Shown: piece by piece, positions 12,835 to 25,900 of the stretch
How positions within the stretch are numbered: position 1 is the stretch's first letter
How the letters are laid out: each line of letters opens with the position of its first letter
Assembly (NCBI GenBank): GCA_964106915.2
Contig: OZ066916.1
Strand: one strand, 5' to 3'
DNA length: 64,000 nucleotides
Origin: Podarcis gaigeae
Lineage: Eukaryota
Translations under genes and position numbers: made by a program
The notes under the pieces: model-generated
The model's input: only the letters and a program-made list of their open reading frames with translations
What the model was told of the DNA's origin: nothing
The model's database searches: none

Positions 12835-13799
12835 AAGTTTAAAAATGCACATACATTTATTTTATTTTACTATGGTTTCCATTAATTTTTAAAACAAAAT
12901 GATTTTCAATTAAAAAATGCACTGACCACATAATTCCTTTTAATTTTATAGTTATACAAATATCCTAAATACACATTTTCTCAAGATGATGGCAAATAAG
13001 ATTTAACTGTACAGTACATCATGAAATATTAAGCATATTTAGAAGCAATAGAAATGTCTATACAAAAGCAAAAATGGAATAAAATTTCTTATTTAAAGTA
13101 TTGCAACAGTCCCACAGGTTTGTAACAAAAATGTCTTTGCACAGTTCTTCACAATGCCCCAATTAATAGCTAAAGCAAAAGTGATTTTTAGAAAATGTTT
13201 CAAAAATGCTACACGCTACTGTTTGCACAGTCTGGTCAAAACAACAAAGCTACTTGGAATCAAGCAAAACTTAGGAGAAATACTCCAACTGATTTTAAAA
13301 TTGTCCGTATAAAATTCATTGCACATTATTTTTACTCAGTTGTTTGAAAAGTAAAAAAGTCTATTTACAAAATATTCTGCAGTCAAAATTATAAAGTGGA
13401 TGAGATATCTATAAGTAACAGCCTGATACTGACAATTCAATAAAACACAATGACATTTCCCCAAAGATTTTCAGTACTTCAGAAGCCCATTGGGAAAAAG
13501 TTTTTATATTGAAATGGATTTACAGGATGTTAACACAGCTATTTCAACATCTGCATTATAAAACAGTATGTTACAAAGGCAGAAGAATGAGGAAAATTGA
13601 CATTGTAAAAAGTCAGTTATTAATAGATTAACAAGTGTTTTTCAATTTACTTAGGACAAACATTTATTATTTCTCAGAGTAGGTCAACAATGAATGAAAA
13701 TTCTAGACAAGATGAAATTGAAGGACCATGCATGATAGTTTTAGAATGGTAAACATTATTAAAAAAAATAGCACCTGCAATCCTGCTATTATAGGCAAT
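12835..13799 (-). other. REV3L: REV3L 3' UTR with overlapping AATAAA pair at 12856-12866
   Basis: U-rich minus strand after the stop; AATAAAATAAA about 940 nt downstream. Confidence 0.65.
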
Positions 13800-13940
13800 C
13801 TAAAATTGATCAAGTAGCTGGCGAAGATACGGTGCCTTGGATAATTCTCTGCTCACTCTTGAGACCTTGTAAAGTACAGGACAATTCAGTGAAACACAAG
13901 GTATCTGTCGCTCCAAGCAGCCTGTACAATTCTTGCATAT
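13800..13940 (-). CDS. REV3L: REV3L last coding exon with CysB [4Fe-4S] ligands (CKNC...CVSLNC)
   Basis: ICKNCTGCLERQIPCVSLNCPVLYKVSRVSRELSKAPYLRQLLDQF*; TAG at 13800-13802. Confidence 0.96.
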   Translation of the reverse strand: MCKNCTGCLERQIPCVSLNCPVLYKVSRVSRELSKAPYLRQLLDQF

Positions 13941-16900
13941 CTAGAGGTACATAAAATGGAGTAGTGTAAAATTCACATAACTAGAAGAATTATAATAATC
14001 TTGGCTACAACATTTACTTGGAGGAAGTCAGGTGAGATGGGACCAACACTAAAAACAATGTGAGAAGGGTTGTAGGAAATGAATGGGCTTTCGAGAGAAA
14101 GGGACGGAAAAGCCAGAATCAACCAACCCCATAAAAACACAGCAGCGATGCCCACGCTACAGGTTGGATCCCCATATGGGAAAACAGCCTTTTCCTGCAT
14201 TGTAGGAGGGAGCTCACATTCACTCAAAGGAAAACATTAAGCATAAATAATGGAGAATATTTTAACAAGAATTCTAGCTGACTCAACATTTTAGTATCAT
14301 GCATCTGGCAAGGTAAGAGATTTATAAATGGCAAAAGCTGCATTGCAGATAAGATTGGTTTCGGCTATATATATGGGATTAAGGTATACTGGACATAAAT
14401 ACACTGAAAATATTTATGAGAGTACAGTTCCATTAAATCCTGGTATTTCTTGGTAATATTAAATAATATATTGAAATTAACAGAACAGTGGGGAATATAC
14501 ATTTAATGGCAGAAATTCTAGCAGTTTCAAAGTGGAAACTGGATAATGATCCTTTGATAAAAGAGTGGCTTAATAAACCTGTTTACAACCAAATTCAGTC
14601 AGATTTAATTTCTGTACAAACAGAATCCTTCACATAAAAGGAAGATCTTTATGATTGGGAGTTCAACATAATTTTGTATTAAAAGGTCATTCATTAGCCT
14701 GCCAGTTTCTCTGATAGCACTTTTTCATGCCTTTGGAATACCTTTTGTGAAAGTTCGTTATTTTGCTTATTAGGGAACATGTTATACTTAACTATTAAAA
14801 AACAAAAGGTGCTGTTTTCTCCACCTCAGAAAAGTTTCTTTTAGGTTCAAGTTTATTAGAAGCAAAATAAAAGATGATTTCCCCTACCTTGGCTAGGTGT
14901 TCATGTTTACGTTCCAGCTCTCGAATTTCTTGATTAAGAATCACTACCACATGCTGTGGTTGGCTCCTACATTTACTGCAGATGCCATGCTGAGTCAATT
15001 CATCACACACAGGACAGTGTAGAGTGGTGAAATACTGGGAAATTGTCCCTTTTCGGCTTTCCTGCTCGCTGTGGGATGTGGTAGCAGCTTTCTGGATCTG
15101 CAGGGTTTAAAAATATTTGATACATATGAGTAATAACTATTTTTGCTAACATACGTTGATCAAATTTACACCTTCTCAAATTAAAGATTACTGGGTCTTG
15201 GCATCCTATGTTCCCAAAGACGTATCAAAACATAACAAGTCCATTCAAAACTGTTGGAGCTGAGATTTTTCCTATTACCACTAGGTGGAGCTGAATACCC
15301 ATTTTGAGATCAGCTCCACATGCTAAGTGAAACCGTTCTTGAGAGGCTGCCCACACACAAGGTTGTTCATATCAGGATGGATGAAAGCCAGCCCTATTAA
15401 TAATGTGTTGTGGAAATCCACCTTAGATACATTGTTTCCCATTTGGCCAACTAATTCCAGGTGGGAACCAGAAGTATGAACAATCTGAGGTTTGGGTCTA
15501 TAGCAAGCGAACTCCTTGTCTGCATATACATAACCTGTAGGTGTGTGTTTTGCTTTATTTACTTACTTCTTTCTTTATTGTGCATTGCTGTTACTATGGG
15601 TAGTCTTTCCTACACCCTCTTCCTAGTAAGTCTTGCATCAAATGATAGGGGGTTGGAAGGAAAATCTATTTGTTAACCTGCCCCAAACCTGTTAGTGATT
15701 CATCAGGTAACTGGACCTTCCCTCCCACAGCAGCCACGGGCTCACATTGGTAGGAATACCCTCTACCCTCTCTATTTAGTGGAATAACACTGATAGTTGG
15801 AGAGCCAATTCAGTAACCAGGAGAAGTACTAACTGTTTTAAACTACAGTGGTACCTTGGGTTACAGATGCTTCAGGTTACAGATTCCGCTAACCCAGAAA
15901 TAGTACCTCGGGTTAAAAACTTTGTTTCAGGATGAGAACAGAAATCATGCGGCAGCGTGGCAGCAGCGGGAGGCCCCATTAGCTAAAGTGGTAGCTCAGG
16001 TTAAGAACAGTTTCAGGTTAAGAACGGACCTCCAGAACGAATTAAGTTCTTAACCCAAGGTACCACTGTACTTATCTATAAAAACTCCATTCCAGCTATA
16101 GCCATATCCAGATTTACTATTTCACCAACTTACCCTTGGTAATTCATGATACCAGCTGAAAACATCTATGCCAATAAGTGATAAGATTCTAGCCAGCGGA
16201 GGAAGAATTTGTTTGGTGATGTAGTAAGTGGCATTCAGACGCAGGTTTGGATCCTGTAGAACTTCAATCGGCCGCCTAACCAACTGTATGAGAGGCAACC
16301 CAGGCACGCCATACACAATGACATAGGGCACCCTTTCACCGACTCGTGGCTCAGACCGCCGATCATAGGCAAGCATCCTCCTGTTGGGACAAATAAAATC
16401 AATCTCAAAATATATGGCCCACAAATGAGAGAGACAGATCTATGTACCTCTTTCAACTCCTATTAAAAATCTCCATATATTCTTACAACTTTCCTATCAG
16501 TATTGCCGGTTTGCACAGCAGCATTAAACACAAAGGAGAAAATGAAACAGCACCTTATGCAACCACAAAATAATTTTAGAAAGTGAGGACATGTTTATAC
16601 TCACCACTGCACCTTAGGGCTGAGGCTGTGATCACTGTGGTTTATTCATTTCCCCCTACATTTCCCAGACTGTTAATTTCCACTTTGTATTTGAACTTTC
16701 ACATGACATAAAAGCCACTTCCAGAAACAGAAGAGGTTTGGGGCTCATTTTCATGTTATTTGCTTCCAGAAAAAAAAATCTGTTTGCAAAAATGTGCTAA
16801 ATTTGCACTATACAGTATTCTGCTATATTTCGTTATATGGGAGGATGGGTCAGCCAGAAGCACTTCTCATTCTTTGAGGAAACCCTCCAGTCTCACAAAC

Positions 16901-19900
16901 AGGACTCCCCACTTGTGTGTGTGTTCCTCGCTTAGCACCCCTCTTCTTGCTTCTGCCCACAATCATCTACTACTTTGGGGATCTTAGTCCCCCCTTCAAA
17001 GTTGAGCACTATGAGGCCCCATACTTTTGCCCAAAGTCTGGAGCCTCTGACAGAACCACTATTCACACTTTTCCCTCTGAAGGAGGAATGCAGAACAAGC
17101 TGTGGATGTATTTAGGACCTGGCTGATGGAAAATATATCTATCTACAGAACTGTCCCATTGGAAGTGACTCCAAGGGCCATCTAGTCCAAACCCCTGCAA
17201 TGCAGGGACTACAGCTAAGGAGCTCCCACTGATCCATATTTTATATTTTAATGTAATAAAATCCTGATATTCTTAGAAGCATAAATTTCTGTAGTAGATA
17301 TTTAACGCATCTTTGAACTCCCATAATGAGAATGATTTAATATAAACTAAAATGATCTCACAGTGCCATTCATTATATATCCGTATTACCTTGTGATTTC
17401 TAGAGCTGGTACACAGGCTCCAGGTCTGTATGTAGAACTTCCTCTGTACTCCTTTGCAAATATGAAGTCTTGCATGCTGGCCTTCCCTTCTAATAATTTC
17501 ATGCACTGATTTTGCACATACTGCTTGATATGACTTATATCACGTGTTTCAAACAGCAACTTGATAGAACACTCAAGCATCTGAAAAAAGTGTATTAAAA
17601 AAGATTTTATAGTCATTTGAAACACCAAAGGCATTTTAAACATTCCCATTCTGAATCCCTCAACTTTCACTTTTGGAGTCCCCCCCCCCCCAATATGTGG
17701 AATTGATACTGTACTAAAAAGAACTTCTGAACACAATAAAATGCCTGTGCCACTTTACCTTGGAAACAGCTGGGCAAGAATCTCTTCTAACAGTTTCTAT
17801 GCCTTTTGCATCAAATACTGGGTCCTTCTGTTCCAGTGATTCATACATGTAACCAACATACCTCTTCTTGGTTTGCAAAATACATGGCAAATAGACCTGC
17901 AATGCAAAGAAAAACTCTGCAAGTCTAGATATAAGAGAAATGCAGGCAAACTTCTGGACTGAATGCTTTTCTTCTTTACTGCTCATAGTTAGACCCAAGT
18001 CACCCATAAACTATATATCTACATTACTAAGCAACATACTCTATTTTAGGCCCTAAGCGAGAGGATGAGATGATAAATTTGTGCATGCATGACAGGCTTT
18101 CTCAACTCAAAGAAGCTTCAAAAATAGCCATTTGAAGAGCTCTTTTTGTGTGTGGACTAGGGGCTAGAAGGGAGGATATGAAAGCCCTCCATGTGTACAT
18201 GTAAACACTTGGATGCACTGAAAGAGTTTCTGTTAACCATAAAATATTTTCAAGCATATTAGGTACATTTAGAGCAGATTGATTTCTGAATTTGAAAAAT
18301 GTTTCATTTTTCCTAAATTGGGAAAAAATTAGGCTGGATGTTTGTTAATCTCTAAATGTACATCTTTGTCCTTATTCAGTTAATGTTATGTTATGATTCA
18401 ATCAACCTGATCACTGTGCTAGGCAGAACTGCAAATGTATTCATAATACCACCAGACATGGACAGAAGTGTAATGCAGAACATTCTCTGACCCCTTGGGT
18501 ACTGTGGAGTTAAAAAACCATTTACCATGCAATTTTATTTGTTTTATTATTTTGTCAAGTTTTTCTGACAAAATATTTTCTCCCTACTTACAACAAGAAA
18601 AAAGGAGAAAGACGGGCCTTGCCGTCAGGCATAAAGACGACAAAGGGAAGTGTAGCAGAAGGAAAAGACAGAGAAGGAAAATCAGTTTGACAACAAAAGA
18701 AAGTGATGGATTGTAAAATAGGCATTTAAATCCAATTGAGGGACGTATGAGTGTTCCTTGCAGTTTAAAACCACCTATTCCATGACACTGCCATCTCTCC
18801 TTCATTACTGACTTTTTGGGCAGGTTCCAAGAAACCCCAGAGCTGGACTCTAATATTAGTACCCTCTCACAAATCCCTTCTGGAGAGGAAAATGGGAGAT
18901 TTTTGTTCTGGGTTTGATGTCCTGCAGCAAAGCAGAACAGTTGTGTGATGAAGGTCACTAAGGACACCGGCCTTTCTCCACATGTCAATGAGGTTGGTGG
19001 CAGTGAATCAATGAAGAGCAATAGTGGAAAAGCCTCAGTCAAAGCATGTTAAAAGGTAAAGGTACCCCTGCCCGTACGGGCCAGTCTTGACAGACTCTAG
19101 GGTTGTGCGCTCATCTCACTCTATAGGCCGGGAGCCAGCGCTGTCCGCAGACACTTCCGGGTCACGTGGCCAGCGTGACAAGCTGCATCTGGCGAGCCAG
19201 CGCAGCACACGGAACGCCATTTACCTTTCCGCTGGTAAGTGGTCCCTATTTATCTACTTGCACCCGGGGGTGCTTTCGAACTGCTAGGTTGGCAGGCGCT
19301 GGGACCGAACAATGGGAGCGCACCCCGCCATGGGGATTCGAACTGCCGACCATGTGATCGGCAAGTCCTAGGCGCTGAGGTTTTACCCACAGCACCACCC
19401 GCGTCCACTCAAAGCATGTTAAGTTCATGTTAAATTGCATTCATTTGTAGGGGGAGTGTGCGCACACTCACTGTATTTTTATGTTCATGTGTGCCCCCTT
19501 TGTGTAGGGCAGGCAAAGATGTAGCTTGGCTTTCCTGCAGAAAGCAGGACTGTTGTGCATGCACTGATGCATGGAAAGTTCAATCCTGCTTGGCGTAGGT
19601 GCATTTTTTATAGGCAGTCTTTGTTTTTTTGGTTTTGTTTCTTTAAGTGGTAAGCTAGCAGCTCTTCCCAGGTTTGCTTTCCCATCCAGATTCCCTCTCC
19701 TCTTAACACTTTGTTTCAAATATCTATTTCTTAATTTGCTCATTATGTCACTTTCTGGAAAGGTGTCCTGTTAAATGTTGCAGTCAGGCAACACTCAGAT
19801 TTTTCTTACCTTTTCAAACTTCAGTTTTACTGGTTTGGGGTTGGTAGCTGTTACAGCTTCAGCAATTTCCTGGCCAATCTTAAAAGACTGTTCCTTGGTA

Positions 19901-22900
19901 GCTCCTTTCAGTAGTACAAACATGCTGAAATAAGATAAGGGAAATCCAGAAATGACTACAGTCATACCTCGGGTTAAATATGCTTCAGGTCGAGCGCTTT
20001 CGGGTTGTGCTCCGCAGCGATCCAGAAGTAACGGAATGCGTTACTTCCGGCTTTCGCCTCTCACGCATACGCAGACGGTCAAAATGACGTCACGCGCATA
20101 CGCGGAAGCGGCGAATCGCAACCTGTGTTTTACGTTCACTTCAGGATGCGAATGGGGATTTGGAACGGATCCTGTTTGTATCCAGAGGTACCACTGTAAT
20201 TAGCTTTCCCACTCTAAAAATATTCCAAAAGTATGGCAACTTTTTTCTCTCTCCTTGTGACTAAAAACCGAAAATGAACAGGTAAGCAATTGATATTTGT
20301 TATTTATTAAATTGGTATAGTGCTCTTCATCCATAGATCTCAGGGCAGTTCACAACATAAAAATCCAAGATAAATACACAGAAGAGATATATCTGAAGTT
20401 TGTAATGGAGTGGATGTGGGATGGTGAAATGAAACTTAATCCTAGTAGAACAGAAGTCATCTTAGTCACGTTATATGTGGGACTAACTTTAAAGACGGTT
20501 CAAAAACTTCAGCTGGTGCAGAATTCAGCGGCCAGGTTGCTCACCAGGAAAAGAGCATGTAACGCCAATCCTGGCCTGGCTGCATTGGCTGCCAATTAGT
20601 TTCTGGGCCCAACTCAAAGTGCTGGTTTTGGCTTATAAAGCCTTAAACAACTCAGGACTACAATACCTCAAGGACCGCCTTTCCCCATCTGAGCAGACCT
20701 AGACTCTACAATCATCATCTGAAACTCTTCTTCATCTGCTTCCACCATGAGAAGTCCAGAGGGTGACAACACAAACAGATCTTTTCTGTAGTAGCTCCCT
20801 GTTTATGAAATGTTCTCTCCAGGGAGGCTTGCCTGCTGCCTTTGTTACCTATCTTTAGGCACCAGGCAAAAACATTCCTCTTCTCCAAGGTCATCAGCTA
20901 ATTAAATAATTATGGCCTTTTAAACTGTTTGGGATATCATTTTTGTTTGTTATTATGTTATATATTTTTGTGTATTCATATTGTAAACTGCTCTGTGGTC
21001 CTTGGATGAAGGGTGGTATAAAAATGTAATTTAAAAAAGTGTGTGCAAGAAATAAACTTACAATTGCTGTTGTTCAGGCTTTCTTTCCTCACTTCTGCTG
21101 CAGGAAAAACACATTTTCCTTGCTTTCAAAATATATAATTTTGTTGCTGAGAAAACAAATGTTTCTTCCAGCTAACATACCTATTTTGCATATTAAATTC
21201 CTACTCTGGTTTAAAGGTTGCATATTACAAATCTACTAATTTCTGGTAAGGGAAGGAAAGGCAGTCAATGACATATTACTGGTTGGAAAGTCTCCCAAAC
21301 AAAAGAATAGTTTTAATTACCTGTCTGTGTCTCCATATACAACCCGTGCTCCCCATTTTTTTGTTTCGTTCACCAGTTTTATTGCTCGTTCCAAGGTTTC
21401 TCGGGCTTTGTGCACAATGCTATCACCAATCTGCAAAATATAAAGATAAACCTTGATAAAATCTTTCTTGTGGACAGATCATGCATATATCATTGTTCTG
21501 TAACTCATTCTATAAACTCTGTAGAAAGTTTGATCTTTTTGATTAACAGCAGCCCACTTCTTCTCCATAAGACAAAAGTTTCAAAAGCAATTTGTGCTGA
21601 AGTTTGCGGAAGGCATGTGCGTGATAACTTTAAAAATAAGAAAAGTCAAACTCTCTTGACTGTGTCCAAATAGCTCTGTGGATTGATGCATTCATCAAGA
21701 GGAAATAGCAACTGCAAGTTATTAGTAAACATGCATATAGATATTTCAAGGGCTTAGGCCCAGGAGCTGCATGGGAGCAATGTTCCCTTATCCAATTTCT
21801 ACCGATATTGCCTGCTCCCAGCCTGCCTTTTCACATTGTGCAGGACAGTCTCCTCAGTCTTCCAGAGTAGTTTTCAAGTGGGCACAAGAGAGGAGCAGCA
21901 GGAAAGCCTTGTGGCATGAGTGGTCTTATGCTTGTGTAACTCTGGATCCAACCTAAGGTGTTTATAAATCTTTAATTGCATGTCCTCCTCAGGACCCTCT
22001 GAAGTCATTGTTCCTATTTTACAATCAGAGAACTGAGGTTAAGAATCAGCCTTTGCCTTAATGTAGGTATTATTATAGTGAAGAAGAATGGGAGCGTTGG
22101 CTCCCAGTAAGTTTCTGAGCACAATTCAAAGTGTTGGTGCTGACCTTTAAAGCCCTAAACGGCCTCGGTCCTGTATACCTGAAGGAGCGTCTCCACCCCC
22201 ATCGTTCAGCCCGGACAGTGAAATCCAGCGCCAAGGGCCTTCTGGCAGTTCCCTCATTGCGAGAAGTGAGGTTACAGGGAACCAGGCAGAGGGCCTTCTT
22301 GGAAGTGGCGCCCGCCCTGGGGAACGCCCTCCCTTCAGATGTGAAGGAAATAAGCAGCTATCTTCTTCTTAAAAGACATCTGAAGGCAGCCCTGTTTAGG
22401 GAAGTTTTTAATATTTAATGCTGTATTGTTTTTAACACTCAATTGGAAGCCACCCATAGTGGCTGGGGAAACTCAGCCAGATGGGCGGGGTATAAATAAT
22501 AAATTATTATTATTGTTGTTTTCTTGTCTCTGAAATATCTTTGCACTTTACTTTCATCACTTACCTCTACACATGGCATCCTTCCAGAAAAATTAGCAGA
22601 AGTATAACCAAATGTGACATTTGCTATGAGCTTAAGGCCAAGCTGACGTGCTTCAAGCATTCGAGTGATGGCTTTGTCATTTTTATAAGCTTTCATTGAT
22701 TGCTTCACCATGATTCTAGTCTTCAGAATTTCTTCTAACATTTTTGGCAATATACCCTTTCTTACTGAAGGCTGCACAAAAACAACACCATTAAAAATTA
22801 ACATTTAATAATAAAAATATATGTTTAGCAGCAACATTAATACTGTTTATTTTAGGGTGGTTTACAGTAGACCACTGTTGGGTCAAATGTTTGTAATGCA

Positions 22901-25900
22901 GCTTATCAGATAATTTTTACACTACTGATAACCAGGTAATTTTTCCTTCTGGGAGTTAAGATAGAGTATGAGATCTCCCCACCCCCCCACCCCCAGTGGG
23001 CCAGAGCTTTGTCTGCCCCCACTTTCATGCAACAACTTTGACAGCTGAGTCAAAGCCACCCATCTGTCAATCATCTGATCAAGTGACTGGTAGGTGGCCA
23101 GTCCCACCCACTTGTCAAAGTTGATCTGTGGGGTGGTGTTCATAGCAGGGAATGTGTGCTGACAAAGCAAGCACCAAACAGTATCAAACTCTCTGCTCAT
23201 CAGCTGAATAGTGGGTTAATCCTGCTGCTTAACCTGAAGGTGCCTGTTCCCAGAAACAGCCAAACTGAGAAGGATTTAAACTCCCTGCATCAGCTAACAA
23301 GTATGGGTTAAATCCTGCTTTGGTTGTGCACGCAGAACTGGGCGGGGAGGAGGAGCATACCTAAAGCAGAATGGAACCCTGCCATCTCACCCATCACCTG
23401 ATATTATGTGTACATTGGAGTGATGTCAGCTGATTGACAGGCGAGCATGGCTTTGGTGAAATGGCCTTGCTGGCTGGTTCCCCATTCCTACTGCAGATAC
23501 TGTGTTTATTAATATGCTTTACATATTTACATTTCATGCTTCAGTGTCTTTTTTCTTCCGGAAAGCAAGATGGAAGTAGAAATAACAAGTTAAACATAAA
23601 ATGTCAACAAGAAGAATAAAGCATTACCTTAACAAAAGCAATTCCACTGGGTGACACTGTGATGTCATGACGAAGTTGATATAGCAAATCAGGAGATACT
23701 CTCAGAGAAGTGCAGCCAAACTTAAATTCATCGTATCTGGAAGATAAGACAAAGTGTACTGAACCCTCAAGTAACATCACAGACTAACTGCTATTCATAG
23801 ACAAGATTTATCCCATGCTACACACTATTTAGTGCTATGGCAGCATAAATACAGTACCTGTTTTAATTTTACATCAGATTTGTATCTCTTAAGTCTCTCT
23901 CATGCTCTAGCCTTCTCTTTGTAATCCAGCAAGCTCTCCTATGTCTTATCAGGAAATAACTTACAATTTAAAGATCAATATTAACAAAATATTTCCTTAG
24001 AGATAATCATATTGGAGTGTGCCCACCTTCCAACATCCACCCTACTGAGTCCTTGTATCATGGGCAATATATATATTTGAAACACACCTTTTCCTCCCAT
24101 ATTTCATCTACGTATTCCTTGGTATGCATGTATGGGAGACTGAATCCACCCACACACAAGCAGTCAGGAGTTACACACTTGTTTTGATGCACTTCTAAAA
24201 TTGTATATTTCAAAAATGCTGTTCACAAGTTCTGTCTCTGCAGCCAAGAAGTAGATTAATAGAATTACAAAAATCCCAGACGACAACTTCTTTTTTTAAA
24301 AGAAAAACAACTTCCTGGTTGCATGGTTTGAGAAGTGGTGGGCTAAATGTATTCCATTTGATCTTTCAAGTACTTATTAAGTAGCAGAGAAAATGCATCT
24401 AGATTTTAAATATTTAATACTTACTTTCCCAAGTTCTCAATATGTCCCAAGCATGTGGAATAACAGTAGTTGTATGCTATCACAATAGATGGATATAAAG
24501 ATTGAAAATCTAGTACAAGGACAGCATTACTGTAGAAACGGGATTCTGGCTCCATTATTAAAGGAATACACTGAGGGGCTCTCATTTGAGCTCGTTGCTG
24601 GACACTCGGTGTAACAGCAATGTAATTCATTGGTTTGGCAATACGTAACATCATTGACTCCACACGGTACTACAAAAGAAAAACATTAATTACTGATACT
24701 TTTGAATGTTCATGTATTCTTAAAATATATTCCTGTGGTGTGGAGACTAATGAACAATATAAGTGGACTTTGTGAGCCTTTATGGCGGTTAAAAGACATT
24801 ACACCCACTGTCTACTACTTCACAGAAGATTTCACTTCTTTTCTATATTCAAATGTATGCCTTGTTAACTGCCAGTCTTGTTTAGATACCCACTGGAGCA
24901 CAGAAACTGCTTATATTGACCTGTATGTTTAAATTATAATTGATGGAGTATTCTTACTGTCAATGTCTGCTGGCAATGTTTTCATCCTCTTTTCTCTTTC
25001 TTATATTTGCAAATAAAAATACTGATCTGGTATGACTATACATTTAATATTATTTTCCTAATAAGCAGCAAGGCTAGTGGCAATTGGATTTTTAATGTCT
25101 TTTAGAAATGACCCCTTGTTTGTGAAAACTTCCAAGGTTCAAAACGTGAGAAAAATTCTGAGGTCCCAACAACTTCTCAAAAATATTAAGGACAGCTTAC
25201 CTGCGATCCTCTTGTTAATACATGCAAGAACTGAATTCCAAAAAGCCTTGCCATTTCACTTGTTCTGCCAATTAAGTCCACTTGTTCTAACAGCTGGAGA
25301 TTTCCACGGACACGGCTTGTGTAGTAATCAATCATTTTCCAGCTTTAAAATCAAATAATAAATGTACAAAAATCTTAAAAGTCTTAAAGGATGATCTAGG
25401 AAAAAAAACTTTCAAGGCAGTAATCAACAGTTTGCAGCTCTAAGAAATTGATGTGCAGCCCTATTAGTTCTCTTGGAGGCTTTTAACATAAGGTTAAGTC
25501 CAGTAATAATCCATAGTATCCTTCTGGACCACCTGAATGGGTTGTTCCTTGGTTTATTTTTTGTTCTTTCTGTTGCACCATATCCAGAATGTGGTGCTGG
25601 GGGACTACTGTTCCACACCACGGCCTTGTCTTCTATGTTACTTAATATATAAATGAAACTGCTGGGAAGGGCAATTCAGAGCTTTGACATAAGGTGACAT
25701 AGATTTTATACCTTAAAATTAGAAGTGGAGTGACTTACTATGCCACTCATTATTAATTTGATGCATTATGAAAACAATGCACTAAGTCACTTCTAAAGTA
25801 GCATGACTACTTTTTTCTGTTTTTTCTTAGCTTCAATAATTTCAAGGTCATTCTTATCACTGGTGCATTAATTCAGCTATCCCAGCTATTAAAGGTAAAG

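Noticed and set aside
19300-19408. tRNA-like A/B boxes (also near 34670)
   Set aside because: These are SINE heads, not tRNA genes; there is no complete cloverleaf.
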